A DNA stretch of 64,000 bases, from assembly GCA_902533655.1 (NCBI GenBank), contig CACAMX010000001.1:6408-70407 (forward strand), read 5' to 3'. The position numbers were made by a program, and so were the translations under genes. Under the pieces are notes generated by a model that worked only from the letters and a program-made list of their open reading frames with translations, made no database searches and was not told where the DNA came from. The stretch comes from an uncultured Bacteroidota bacterium. GTDB lineage: Bacteria > Bacteroidota > Bacteroidia > Flavobacteriales > BACL11. Every line of letters begins with the position of its first letter. The first letter of the stretch is position 1. This document shows positions 27,910 to 37,636 of this stretch, one piece after another.

Positions 27910-29043
27910 TTATAGTGTTCCTCTTTTTGCTTGTTCTCTTTCAATTGATTCAAATAAAGCCTTGAAATTTCCAGCACCAAAACCTCTGGCCCCTACTCTT
28001 TGAATTATTTCAAAAAATAACGTTGGGCGGTCTTGAAGAGGTTTTGTAAAAATTTGTAGTAAGTACCCCTCTTCATCTGCATCAATTAGTATTCCAAGAC
28101 TTTTGAGAGTTTCTATATCTTCTTTTAACTCATGATTGTGCTCTTCAAGCCTGAACGGAACAGCTTTATAATATTCATCTGGTGGTGTAGATAGGAATTC
28201 AATTCCTCGAGTTCTTAGTTTGCTTACTGTAGAGATTATATCATCAGTAGCTACAGCAATGTGTTGGACCCCAGGCCCTTCATAAAAATCTAAATACTCC
28301 TCAATTTGAGACTTCTTTTTACCTTCCGCAGGCTCATTTATTGGAAATTTAATTCTTCCGTTTCCATTACTCATTACTTTGCTCATAAGTGCTGAATACT
28401 CTGTATTTATTTGTTTATCGTCAAAAGATAAAAAGTTTACAAACCCCATGACATCTTCATAAAACTTAACCCACTTATTCATTTCGTTCCAACCAACATT
28501 ACCTACCATGTGATCAATATACTTTAGACCAGTGGGTTCAGTTTCGTTATATGATGACCACTTTTTGAATCCAGGAAGAAAAACTCCATTATAATTTTTT
28601 CTCTCAACAAAGACATGAACAGTTTCTCCATATGTATAAATTCCAGATCGTACAACTTCACCGTGCTCATCTTTTTCCAATGTTGGTTCCATGTAAGATT
28701 TTGCCCCTCTTGATGTTGTTTCTTTCCATGATTTTTCAGCATCCTCAACCCAAAGAGCAATAATCTTAATACCATCACCGTGCTTCACAATGTGATCATT
28801 AATTGATGAACTAGAGCTAAGCGGAGATGTAAGAACAATCTTAATTTTGTCTTGAACTAGAACATATGATACACAATCGGTGCTGTTTGTCTCAAGTCCT
28901 TTATATGCGTAAGATTGAAACCCAAATGCTGATTTATAAAAATGAGCTGCTTGCTTTGCATTACCGACGTAAAACTCAACATAGTCTGTTCCAAGTAATG
29001 GAAGAAAATCTTTGGCTTCTTTAAATATTTTCTCTAGTTTCAT
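27910..29043 (-). CDS. hppD: 4-hydroxyphenylpyruvate dioxygenase
   Basis: 377 aa with two VOC repeats. IDHMVGNV, GVQHIA and a C-terminal FEIIQR...GFGAGNFKALFESIE. Confidence 0.9.
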   Translation of the reverse strand: MKLEKIFKEAKDFLPLLGTDYVEFYVGNAKQAAHFYKSAFGFQSYAYKGLETNSTDCVSYVLVQDKIKIVLTSPLSSSSSINDHIVKHGDGIKIIALWVEDAEKSWKETTSRGAKSYMEPTLEKDEHGEVVRSGIYTYGETVHVFVERKNYNGVFLPGFKKWSSYNETEPTGLKYIDHMVGNVGWNEMNKWVKFYEDVMGFVNFLSFDDKQINTEYSALMSKVMSNGNGRIKFPINEPAEGKKKSQIEEYLDFYEGPGVQHIAVATDDIISTVSKLRTRGIEFLSTPPDEYYKAVPFRLEEHNHELKEDIETLKSLGILIDADEEGYLLQIFTKPLQDRPTLFFEIIQRVGARGFGAGNFKALFESIEREQAKRGTL

Positions 29044-29054
29044 AAAATATTAAT

Positions 29055-30212
29055 TTATTCTAACCAAGATTTATGATATTTTCCGTCTGAAAGATCAATG
29101 GCCAGCTGTGTTAGTTTTAAAGGGGCAAAAGTATCGACCATTACAGCAAGCTCATCTGTTTTCTTTTTTCCAATACTCCTTTCCATTGCTCCTGGATGAG
29201 GACCATGCGGAATTCCTGCAGGATGAAGTGAAATGTAACCTTCATTAACATGATTTCTACTCATAAAATCTCCATCAACATAATAAAGCACTTCATCAGA
29301 ATCAATATTTGAGTGATTATATGGTGCGGGTATTGCCTCAGGATGGTAGTCATAGAGTCTGGGGCAAAAAGAACACAAGACAAACCTACTAGTCTCAAAA
29401 GTTTGATGAACTGGTGGCGGCTGATGCACTCGTCCTGTAATGGGCTCAAAATCATGTATTGAGAATGCATATGGAAAATTGTATCCATCACATCCAACAA
29501 CACCAAATGGATGAGCTGCATAAACATATTCGTGAATCATATGCTCTTTCTTTAGCTTAATTAAATGATCACCAATTTTATCATGCGTTTCTAATTCCTC
29601 TGGAAATCTAAAGTCTCTTTCACAGTACGGAGAATGCTCTAACAATTGGCCAAAATAATTTCTATATCTTTTTGGAGTATATACTGGATTGTAAGACTCA
29701 ACAATAAAGTGTCTATTTTCATTTGTATCAAAATTTAACTTGTAAATTGTTCCTCTGGGGATTACTAAATAATCTCCTTCCTTAAACTGAATGTTTCCAA
29801 TAAAAGTTCTTAATTTTCCCGTTCCTTTATGAACGAAAATGATTTCATCTCCATCTGTATTTTTGTAAAAATAATCTTCTGATTTATTTGTAGGCGCAGA
29901 TAGAATGATATTTAGATCGTTATTTACTAAAATTGAAAGTCGACTTTCAATTAAATCTGCAATTTTAGGAACCTTAAATGCATCGAGCAAATATGCTTTC
30001 ATATTCTTCTCAATAGCAACTTTAGGCTTAACTGTATAAGACTTAATTATATCTTTGACCTGTGTTGGTCTGTGTAAATGATATAAAAGCGTAGACATAC
30101 CATCAAACCCAATTGTTCCAAAAAGCTCTTCGTAATGGTATCCTCCGTTTTCTTTTTTAAATGTAGTATGTCTCTTGTGAGGAATTTTTCCTAATTTATG
30201 ATATCTTGGCAT
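29055..30212 (-). CDS. hmgA: Homogentisate 1,2-dioxygenase
   Basis: 385 aa. Motifs HQPPPVHQTFE, ISLHPAGIPHGPHPG and GDYLVIPRGT. Confidence 0.9.
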   Translation of the reverse strand: MPRYHKLGKIPHKRHTTFKKENGGYHYEELFGTIGFDGMSTLLYHLHRPTQVKDIIKSYTVKPKVAIEKNMKAYLLDAFKVPKIADLIESRLSILVNNDLNIILSAPTNKSEDYFYKNTDGDEIIFVHKGTGKLRTFIGNIQFKEGDYLVIPRGTIYKLNFDTNENRHFIVESYNPVYTPKRYRNYFGQLLEHSPYCERDFRFPEELETHDKIGDHLIKLKKEHMIHEYVYAAHPFGVVGCDGYNFPYAFSIHDFEPITGRVHQPPPVHQTFETSRFVLCSFCPRLYDYHPEAIPAPYNHSNIDSDEVLYYVDGDFMSRNHVNEGYISLHPAGIPHGPHPGAMERSIGKKKTDELAVMVDTFAPLKLTQLAIDLSDGKYHKSWLE

Positions 30213-30293
30213 TACAAAATGTTTTATGCAAATTACTATTTTTTTTTATAGTATGAAAGTCAATATTAACCTAGTTTTAATACTTTTGTAAGA

Positions 30294-31208
30294 GTGAAAC
30301 TTGCACGTTATTTATATAAAAATCAAATATCATTTGGTCAGGTCATCAACAATAGAATTTATGACTTGAGTGACGAATCCGATAATATCATTTCTTTTTT
30401 ACAAAAGAACCACAATTACAATTTTGAGGATAAAAAAAAGAAAGAAATTATAAAATTAGAAGATGTTAAAATATTAGCTCCATTTTCAAAAATAAATAGC
30501 TTAAGAGATGCCTATGCTTTCAGAGAACATGTTGAAACTTGTAGAAAAAATAGAGGTGCTGAAATGATAAAGGAGTTTGATGAATTTCCTGTTTTTTACT
30601 TCTCAAATCACAACTCAATTTTAGGCCACTTAGATGAGGTTGAGTGTATGCCAGAACATTTAAATAAACTGGATTATGAACTTGAAATTGCAATTGTAAT
30701 ATGCAAAGAGGGCAAAAATATTAAGGCTGAAAAAGCAAGAGAATTTATTGGTGGTTTTACAATCTACAATGATATAAGCGCTCGAGACATCCAGTCAAAT
30801 GAAATGAAGCTAAACTTAGGTCCTGCTAAAGGAAAAGACTTTGCAAATATTTTTGGTCCTTTTGTTGTTACTAGAGACGAAATTTATGAAAATGAAATTT
30901 CTAATGGTAAAATTGATTTAGAAATGAAATGTAAAATTAATAATAAGCTTTATTCAATTGGAAATCTCAAAACTATGCACTGGTCCTTTGAAGAAATTAT
31001 TGAAAGAATCTCATATGGAACTAAAATATTTCCAGGTGATGTAATTGGGTCAGGCACAGTAGGTAAGGGATGTTTGCTAGAAATAAATGGAACTGAAAAA
31101 AGAAAAAATATAGAATATAAAGAGACTTGGCTCAAAGAAAATGATGTTATTGAAATGAGTATTGAAAAAATTGGAACATTAACTAACAAAATCGTGCTTC
31201 ACAAATGA
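30294..31208 (+). CDS. Fumarylacetoacetate hydrolase (FAH) family protein
   Basis: 304 aa. The FAH-fold motifs DYELEIAIVI, DISARDIQ and GDVIGSGT. GTG start. It is a short FAH-family member rather than a full-length (about 420 aa) FahA. Confidence 0.8.
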   Translation: MKLARYLYKNQISFGQVINNRIYDLSDESDNIISFLQKNHNYNFEDKKKKEIIKLEDVKILAPFSKINSLRDAYAFREHVETCRKNRGAEMIKEFDEFPVFYFSNHNSILGHLDEVECMPEHLNKLDYELEIAIVICKEGKNIKAEKAREFIGGFTIYNDISARDIQSNEMKLNLGPAKGKDFANIFGPFVVTRDEIYENEISNGKIDLEMKCKINNKLYSIGNLKTMHWSFEEIIERISYGTKIFPGDVIGSGTVGKGCLLEINGTEKRKNIEYKETWLKENDVIEMSIEKIGTLTNKIVLHK

Positions 31209-32059
31209 AAAGAGTAAGTATAGACATTAAAAACAATCAAAATGTTGACATATATAAAATTTTAGCAGCTGCAATTACTCCAAGACCCATTGCTTTTGTT
31301 AGCACAAAAAATAAAACAGGTACATCAAACTTGAGTCCATACAGTTTTTTTAACGCATTTAGTGTTGATCCCCCAGTAGTTGTTTTCTCTCCAACAGGAA
31401 AGCCAAAAGGCAAAAATCAAAAAGATACTCTTAGTAATATCATTGAAACAAAAGAATGTGTTATAGGACTTGTCAATACGAAAATAGTACAACAAATTTC
31501 CTTAACTAGTTGTGAGTATCCAAGTGGTGTGAATGAATTTGAAAAAGCAGGGTTAACTGAGATTAAAGCTGATTTAGTAAATGCTAGTCTTATCGGAGAA
31601 TCCAATATCAATATGGAGTGTAAATTAGTTAAAGTAATTCCATTAGGTAAAAAATCCAGCTCAGGTAATCTTGTGTTATGTGAAGTTTTAAAATTTCATG
31701 TTAATGAGAAAATTGTGAATCACAATTTCGAAATTGATCCAAAAAAATTAGATGCTGTTTCAAGACATGGTGGTAATTTTTATGGTAAGACAACTGAAGA
31801 TTCAATTTTTGAAATCCCAAAGCCGAAAGCAAAAATTGGGATGGGGTTTGATAAACTTCCAAAAAAAATAAGAACCAGCTCAGTCCTTTCAGGTAATGAA
31901 TTAGCAATTTTAGCAAGCTATGAAAATATTCCTAATAAGGATCCTGATTTTGTCTGTAATCAAACATCACTTCAAATGCACGAAAAAGCTAAAAAATTAA
32001 TAAATATGAGCCAAGTAGATTTAGCTTGGCAATACTTAATTCATGATTCATTTGTTTAG
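31205..32059 (+). CDS. Flavin reductase-like domain protein with a C-terminal extension
   Basis: 284 aa. TPRPIAFVST...NLSPYSFFN is typical of the flavin reductase-like FMN-binding family. ATGA overlap with the FAH gene. Confidence 0.7.
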   Translation: MKRVSIDIKNNQNVDIYKILAAAITPRPIAFVSTKNKTGTSNLSPYSFFNAFSVDPPVVVFSPTGKPKGKNQKDTLSNIIETKECVIGLVNTKIVQQISLTSCEYPSGVNEFEKAGLTEIKADLVNASLIGESNINMECKLVKVIPLGKKSSSGNLVLCEVLKFHVNEKIVNHNFEIDPKKLDAVSRHGGNFYGKTTEDSIFEIPKPKAKIGMGFDKLPKKIRTSSVLSGNELAILASYENIPNKDPDFVCNQTSLQMHEKAKKLINMSQVDLAWQYLIHDSFV

Positions 32060-32843
32060 CAGAAAAAAACCAGATAATATTGTTTTTCTTGTAGGATGTG
32101 GTAGATCTGGAACAACACTACTTTCCAGGCTTATTGGCTCATGCTCTAATACACATGTTTTGAACGAAAGGCGCGATCTTTGGCATAAGGTCTTTCCTGA
32201 ATTTAACATTTGGGACAATATCAACTCTGTGCTTGATTTCAAGAATAGTGACTACAACACAAAAAAAAATGAAAAGATTAGAAGTGTTTTTTTTAAAGAA
32301 GCTGAAAAACACAAGAAAAATAATATTCTTGAAAAACTTCCTGTGAACTGTTTTAGATTAAATTTTATTAATAAAGCTTTTCCTGAAGCAAAATTTATTG
32401 TCATTGAAAGAAATCCACTTGAAGTTGCAGCATCAATTGAAGAAAAAATTGGAAAGGGGAATTGGTATGGCATCAATGACAACAAGCTAAGATTGTTAAT
32501 TGAATATGCAAAGAGCAATAACATTGAAACTAAAGATTTTTTAAAAACTGATTTTAATAAAGGACTTCTTGAATGGAGATTATCTCATATCGCAATTAGT
32601 AAATTTTTTAATGAATCTAATAAAGATTTTTTTTCAATCAATTACTCTAACCTTACTCTTAACGCTAAAGAAATATTAACAGAAGCTTTTAATTTTTTAG
32701 AAATAAAATATGACGAAGAAGCCTTAACAAATTGTTGTAATTTAGTTTATAAAAATCTGAGAAATAAAGAAAATATAAAGAATAATATACAAAATAATCA
32801 AAAAGAATTTTTAACAAGCGAGGGCTTCTTTCAAGAAAAATAA
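32043..32843 (+). CDS. PAPS-dependent sulfotransferase family protein
   Basis: 266 aa. GCGRSGTTLLSRL (5'-PSB) and IERNPLEVAASI (3'-PB). Overlaps the flavin reductase gene by 17 nt. Confidence 0.75.
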   Translation: MIHLFSRKKPDNIVFLVGCGRSGTTLLSRLIGSCSNTHVLNERRDLWHKVFPEFNIWDNINSVLDFKNSDYNTKKNEKIRSVFFKEAEKHKKNNILEKLPVNCFRLNFINKAFPEAKFIVIERNPLEVAASIEEKIGKGNWYGINDNKLRLLIEYAKSNNIETKDFLKTDFNKGLLEWRLSHIAISKFFNESNKDFFSINYSNLTLNAKEILTEAFNFLEIKYDEEALTNCCNLVYKNLRNKENIKNNIQNNQKEFLTSEGFFQEK

Positions 32844-32847
32844 TTAT

Positions 32848-32855
32848 TACTTTTG
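32848..32855 (+). promoter_or_regulatory. Candidate -7 box (TACTTTTG) just upstream of the long-form SOD start codon
   Basis: Exact TAnnTTTG match ending 4 nt before ATG 32859. It could be a chance match. Confidence 0.3.
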
Positions 32856-32858
32856 CAT

Positions 32859-33551
32859 ATGAGCACAAGAAGAAAGTTTCTAGCATATTTTTCTTTAGGT
32901 ATTGCAACTTTAGCTTTTGTTCCAAGATTGTTTAATTTTAAAAGAAAAAATATGGCATTTGAATTACCACAACTGAAATACTCATACAACGAATTAGAGC
33001 CTCATATTGATGCTAAAACAATGGAGATTCACCATAGTAAACATCACAATGGTTACACTACAAAGCTAAATGCAGCAATAGAAGGCACTGAACTTGCAGG
33101 TAAGTCTATTGAAGAAATACTGAAATCAAAAAATCTGTCAAGTGCTGTTAGAAATAATGGAGGGGGATTTTACAATCACTGTTTGTTTTGGGAAATTATA
33201 ACCCCTAAAGGAGGTGGAATACCAAATAATGAAGTAGGAAATGCTATTATTGAAAGTTTCGGAAGTTTCGATAATTTTAAAGATACTTTTTCAAAATCTG
33301 CAGCAACTCAATTTGGTTCTGGCTGGGCATGGCTTTGTGTGAACAACGGTAAATTAAATACCTGCTCTACTGCAAATCAGGATAATCCTATAATGGAAAA
33401 TGTTTGCGGAGGTACTCCGATTTTAGGAATCGATGTCTGGGAGCATGCATATTATTTAAATTATCAAAACAGACGACCTGATTATATAAACGCATTTTTT
33501 AATATTATAAATTGGGACGAAGTAAATAGAAGATATTTAGCGTCATTATAA
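32859..33551 (+). CDS. Fe/Mn-family superoxide dismutase with a twin-arginine-like signal peptide
   Basis: Motifs HHSKHH, FWEII and DVWEHAYY. The N-terminal [20 protein letters not shown] matches S/T-R-R-x-F-L plus a hydrophobic stretch. An internal ATG at 32952 begins the canonical [20 protein letters not shown]. Confidence 0.85.
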   Translation: MSTRRKFLAYFSLGIATLAFVPRLFNFKRKNMAFELPQLKYSYNELEPHIDAKTMEIHHSKHHNGYTTKLNAAIEGTELAGKSIEEILKSKNLSSAVRNNGGGFYNHCLFWEIITPKGGGIPNNEVGNAIIESFGSFDNFKDTFSKSAATQFGSGWAWLCVNNGKLNTCSTANQDNPIMENVCGGTPILGIDVWEHAYYLNYQNRRPDYINAFFNIINWDEVNRRYLASL

Positions 33552-33591
33552 TATTTTTTTAAATTTGTCCCATCTATAAAAACACAATACA

Positions 33592-34392
33592 ATGAAAAAA
33601 AGATTTAAAATAATTTCAATACTATTTGCAGTTTTATGTTTCTCTAGCATAATGTTTGCTCAAGATAGCTATGACTCTAATATGGCAAACACAGATACTA
33701 TCATGTCTGTTGATTCAGCAACAGAAGAAGTTGTTGAGGTTATGCAAGAACCAGAAGTTGATGAAAGTAAAAGTTTCCATCAAATAATAAAAGAAAAATT
33801 TATTGAAGGGGGTCCTGGTTTTATGGGGATTGTCTTATTGTGTTTAATTTTAGGCCTAGCGCTATCAATAGAGAGAATTATATATTTAAATCTCGCATCA
33901 CAAAACACTGAAAAACTTGTTAATGATGTTGAATCAGCACTATCAAGCGGCGGTGTTGAAGATGCTAAAACGATTTGTAGAAATACCAAAGGGCCTGTAG
34001 CCTCAATATTCTATCAAGGTCTTGAAAGATCTAACGAAGGTATTGAAATGGTTGAAAAATCTGTTGTTTCATACGGGTCTGTACAGATGGGGTTATTAGA
34101 AAGAGGTTTATCTTGGATTTCTTTATTCATTGCACTTGCTCCCATGCTTGGATTCATGGGTACGGTTATTGGAATGATTGGTGCATTTGATGCTATTGAG
34201 GCTGCTGGAGATATTTCTCCATCACTCGTTGCTGGAGGAATAAAAGTTGCTCTTTTAACAACTGTATTTGGACTTATAGTAGCAATCATATTGCAGATTT
34301 TCTACAATTATTTGGTATCTAAAATTGACAACCTTGTAAATGATATGGAAGATGCCTCAATTAAGTTAGTAGATTTATTGTCAAAAAAATAA
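33592..34392 (+). CDS. exbB: MotA/TolQ/ExbB proton-channel family protein
   Basis: 266 aa. Signal/TM, then LAPMLGFMGTVIGMI and GGIKVALLTT motifs. Confidence 0.85.
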   Translation: MKKRFKIISILFAVLCFSSIMFAQDSYDSNMANTDTIMSVDSATEEVVEVMQEPEVDESKSFHQIIKEKFIEGGPGFMGIVLLCLILGLALSIERIIYLNLASQNTEKLVNDVESALSSGGVEDAKTICRNTKGPVASIFYQGLERSNEGIEMVEKSVVSYGSVQMGLLERGLSWISLFIALAPMLGFMGTVIGMIGAFDAIEAAGDISPSLVAGGIKVALLTTVFGLIVAIILQIFYNYLVSKIDNLVNDMEDASIKLVDLLSKK

Positions 34393-34396
34393 AGTA

Positions 34397-34726
34397 ATGG
34401 TCAGCATATTAAACATAGGTATTCTTTTAACTTACGCTCTGATTGCTATTGGTGCAGTTATAGCTATATCTTTTGGTGTTATAAAACTTTTTTCTAGAAG
34501 GGGCAACTCAAAAAAAACTCTGGTCGGTATAAGTGCATTTATTGCTGTTGTCGTTTTATCATTTGTGCTAGCCTCTGATGCTGTTTTACCATCATATGAA
34601 AAATATGAAATAAGCTCTTCATCGTCAAAAAGAGTTGGAATGGGCTTATACACATTTTATATTTTAACTACTATCGCAATAATTGGAGTAATCTATTCAG
34701 AACTTACCAAAGCATTTAAGAAATAA
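34397..34726 (+). CDS. Hypothetical membrane protein within the ExbB/ExbD cluster
   Basis: 109 aa with three hydrophobic segments. Tightly packed between exbB and exbD. Confidence 0.5.
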   Translation: MVSILNIGILLTYALIAIGAVIAISFGVIKLFSRRGNSKKTLVGISAFIAVVVLSFVLASDAVLPSYEKYEISSSSSKRVGMGLYTFYILTTIAIIGVIYSELTKAFKK

Positions 34727-35269
34727 ATGGCTAGAAAAAAAAGAGGATTACAGGAAATCAATGCTGGTTCAATGGCAGATATCGCTTTTTTATTACTAAT
34801 ATTTTTTCTTGTAACAACCACAATGGATGTTGACACTGGAATAGCTAGAAAACTGCCTCCAATGCCTGAGGAAGAACAAGAAACACCGCCTGAAATTCAT
34901 GCAAGAAATATATATGTTGTGTTAGTAAACGCTGGAGATAATCTCTTAGTTGAAGGAGAGCCCATGAATATAAACCAACTTAAAGAAGGAGCTAAAAAAT
35001 TTATTAATAACAACGGTGCAAATCCTACTTTATCAGACAATCCAGAAAAAGCCATAATCTCACTTCAAAATGATAGAGGAACATCTTACAAAATGTATGT
35101 AAGAGTTCAGAATGAATTAGCAGCGGCTTATAATGAAATTAGAAATGAAATCGCTTTGGAAAGATTTGGAGAAAGATATATTGATTTAAATAAATCAAAA
35201 CAAAAGGAAATAAGAAAGGAATATCCTCAAAAAATTTCTGAAGCAGAACCAAAAAATATAGGAGGCTGA
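34727..35269 (+). CDS. exbD: ExbD/TolR-family biopolymer transport protein
   Basis: 180 aa. The N-terminal INAGSMADIAFLLLIFFLVTT is typical of ExbD. Confidence 0.85.
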   Translation: MARKKRGLQEINAGSMADIAFLLLIFFLVTTTMDVDTGIARKLPPMPEEEQETPPEIHARNIYVVLVNAGDNLLVEGEPMNINQLKEGAKKFINNNGANPTLSDNPEKAIISLQNDRGTSYKMYVRVQNELAAAYNEIRNEIALERFGERYIDLNKSKQKEIRKEYPQKISEAEPKNIGG

Positions 35270-35270
35270 T

Positions 35271-35738
35271 ATGTCAAAGTTTAGAAACAAGGACAATAAA
35301 GGAACTCCTGCTATATCAACTGCAGCATTACCAGATATAGTTTTTATGTTACTTTTTTTCTTTATGGTAACTACTGTAATGAGAGAAACAACTCTTTTTG
35401 TTGAAGTAATAATTCCAAAGGCAACTGAGATAAAAAAAATGGAGAAAAAATCCTTAGTAAGTTATATATACGTTGGACCACCTGTAAAAAGAATGCAGGC
35501 TTCATTTGGATCAAAATCAAGAATTCAGCTCAATGATTCTTTTGCAACATTAGATGAAATTCAAGAATTCATTGCTTCAGAGAGAGAAGCGAAAGACGAA
35601 AAAGAAATTCCATACATGACTACTTCAATCAAATCTGATGAAAGCGTTAAAATGGGTATTATAACTGACATAAAGCAAGAGCTTCGCAAAGCTAATTCTT
35701 TGAAAATAAATTATTCAACAAGAAAAGGTACTTACTAA
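35271..35738 (+). CDS. exbD: ExbD/TolR-family biopolymer transport protein (second copy)
   Basis: 155 aa with ALPDIVFMLLFFFMVTT. Confidence 0.85.
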   Translation: MSKFRNKDNKGTPAISTAALPDIVFMLLFFFMVTTVMRETTLFVEVIIPKATEIKKMEKKSLVSYIYVGPPVKRMQASFGSKSRIQLNDSFATLDEIQEFIASEREAKDEKEIPYMTTSIKSDESVKMGIITDIKQELRKANSLKINYSTRKGTY

Positions 35739-36607
35739 ACAGCCTTTTTTTGAGTTTCTTTTTTAAAATAAAAGATTAAATAAATCATAGTTGCTAAAAA
35801 CAATACAGCTGTAAAGTTACTTAGCTGATAGTTGTCAATATCAAGTCGAACTTGTATCAAATTGTTCTGTGATAAATAGCTTATAAAAACAATTAGAAAA
35901 TTATTAAAAAAATGACAAATAATAGGATACCAAATATTCTTTGTTACAAAATAAATATAGCCAAGAAGTATGCCTAAACCAAGTCTTGGTAAAAATCCAG
36001 CAAACTGCATGTGTATAGCAGAAAATATAATTGCCGTAACCAGTATTGAGTACAAATAATTAATCTTATTTTCTATTAAACTATTTTGTATGAGACCTCT
36101 GAATAGTATTTCCTCACCTACTGCTGGCAATATTGCTATAACAAAAATGTTAAGTAATAAATCATTAACTGAACTCATTATTAAGAACTTCTGAGTAATT
36201 ATTTTAGCATTTTCCTCATATGAGATCATCCAGTCAGACAAAGGAAAAAGCTGATTAATTTTAAATAGCAAATCGACCATTCCATTACCAAGAAAAATAA
36301 TTAAAATGCTTAGAAAAACTAATTTTAAATTTGGCAAATCATAAATTAGCTTCATTTTATAAATTTTAAAAAATATTAAACCAGGAAATATAAAAATTCC
36401 AAATGCAGATGCTATTTGTATAATTTTAAGTGCTAGAATAGATTTTTTTGAGCTATAATCAGATAAAAAAAAATCCAAATTCTGCATACTTACATCAAAG
36501 TACGAGGTAATAAAAAAATTAGAAACTAGTAAACAAAAAGAAGTTGATATTAGCATAAGAACAAGCAATGAAAGCAGTTTAAAAAAAATTGATCCAGACT
36601 TGAACAT
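35735..36607 (-). CDS. CPBP-family intramembrane glutamic endopeptidase
   Basis: 290 aa, polytopic. Motifs GEEILFRGLIQ, FSAIH and HFFNN. Confidence 0.8.
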   Translation of the reverse strand: MFKSGSIFFKLLSLLVLMLISTSFCLLVSNFFITSYFDVSMQNLDFFLSDYSSKKSILALKIIQIASAFGIFIFPGLIFFKIYKMKLIYDLPNLKLVFLSILIIFLGNGMVDLLFKINQLFPLSDWMISYEENAKIITQKFLIMSSVNDLLLNIFVIAILPAVGEEILFRGLIQNSLIENKINYLYSILVTAIIFSAIHMQFAGFLPRLGLGILLGYIYFVTKNIWYPIICHFFNNFLIVFISYLSQNNLIQVRLDIDNYQLSNFTAVLFLATMIYLIFYFKKETQKKAV

Positions 36608-36640
36608 TTACATTTATTCTATTTAAGTTAATTTTGTAAG

Positions 36641-37636
36641 GTGAGTGTAAAAATAGAAAATATTAATTTAGGTAGCTTCCCTTTAATGTTAGCTCCAATG
36701 GAAGATGTAAGTGACCCTCCCTTTAGAGCTATTTGCAAAGAAAACGGTGCTGACATTATGTATACTGAATTTATATCTTCAGAGGGATTGATTAGGGAGG
36801 CAGAAAAAAGCACTATGAAACTAGATATATATGATGAAGAAAGACCAATTGGAATTCAAATTTTTGGGGGAAACATAGAATCTATGAAATTAGCAACTGC
36901 GATCTGTGAACAAGCTAATCCGGATATAATTGATATAAATTACGGATGCCCAGTGAAAAAAGTTGCTTATAAAGGAGCTGGAGCAGGTATTTTACAAGAC
37001 ATTCCAAAAATGGTTAAAATGACAAAAGAAATTGTTAAATCAACCGCATTGCCAGTAACTGTAAAAACCCGATTAGGTTGGGATGAAAATAGTAAATATA
37101 TCGTTGAAGTAGCTGAAAGGTTACAAGATGTTGGAATTAAAGCAATATCAATACACGGAAGAACTAGAAAACAGATGTATAAAGGTGAAGCCGATTGGAC
37201 ATTAATTGGTGAGGTAAAAAATAACCCGCGAATGCATATTCCTGTTTTTGGTAACGGTGATATAAATTCTGGAGAAAAAGCCCTTGAGATGAAAAAAAAA
37301 TATGGGATTGATGGAGTAATGATTGGAAGAGCAGCAATTGGATATCCATGGATTTTTAATGAAATCAAAAGCTATTTAAAAAACAAAGAAATCATTTCTA
37401 AGCCAACTATTGAAGATAGAGTAAGGGTATGTAAAAGACATTTGAAACATTCAATAGCATGGAAGGGTGAAAGACTCGGAATTTTCGAAATAAGAAAGCA
37501 CTACACGAACTATTTTAGAGGAATACCTCATTTTAAAGATCATAGAATTAAATTAGTTTCATCTGAGAATCCAAGTGAAATAATAGAAATATTAGAAAGC
37601 ATAAAAGATAAATTCTCAGAATTCAGCTTTTCTTAA
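36641..37636 (+). CDS. dusB: tRNA-dihydrouridine synthase B
   Basis: 331 aa. Motifs LAPMEDVSDPPFR, DINYGCP and HGRTR. GTG start. Confidence 0.9.
   Translation: MSVKIENINLGSFPLMLAPMEDVSDPPFRAICKENGADIMYTEFISSEGLIREAEKSTMKLDIYDEERPIGIQIFGGNIESMKLATAICEQANPDIIDINYGCPVKKVAYKGAGAGILQDIPKMVKMTKEIVKSTALPVTVKTRLGWDENSKYIVEVAERLQDVGIKAISIHGRTRKQMYKGEADWTLIGEVKNNPRMHIPVFGNGDINSGEKALEMKKKYGIDGVMIGRAAIGYPWIFNEIKSYLKNKEIISKPTIEDRVRVCKRHLKHSIAWKGERLGIFEIRKHYTNYFRGIPHFKDHRIKLVSSENPSEIIEILESIKDKFSEFSFS

Noticed and set aside
35255-35273. GGAGG Shine-Dalgarno-like sequence 8 nt upstream of the second exbD start as a special translational signal.
   Set aside because: It is simply the codons for the Gly-Gly at the C-terminus of the first ExbD. 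A single occurrence in an otherwise SD-less genome is not meaningful.
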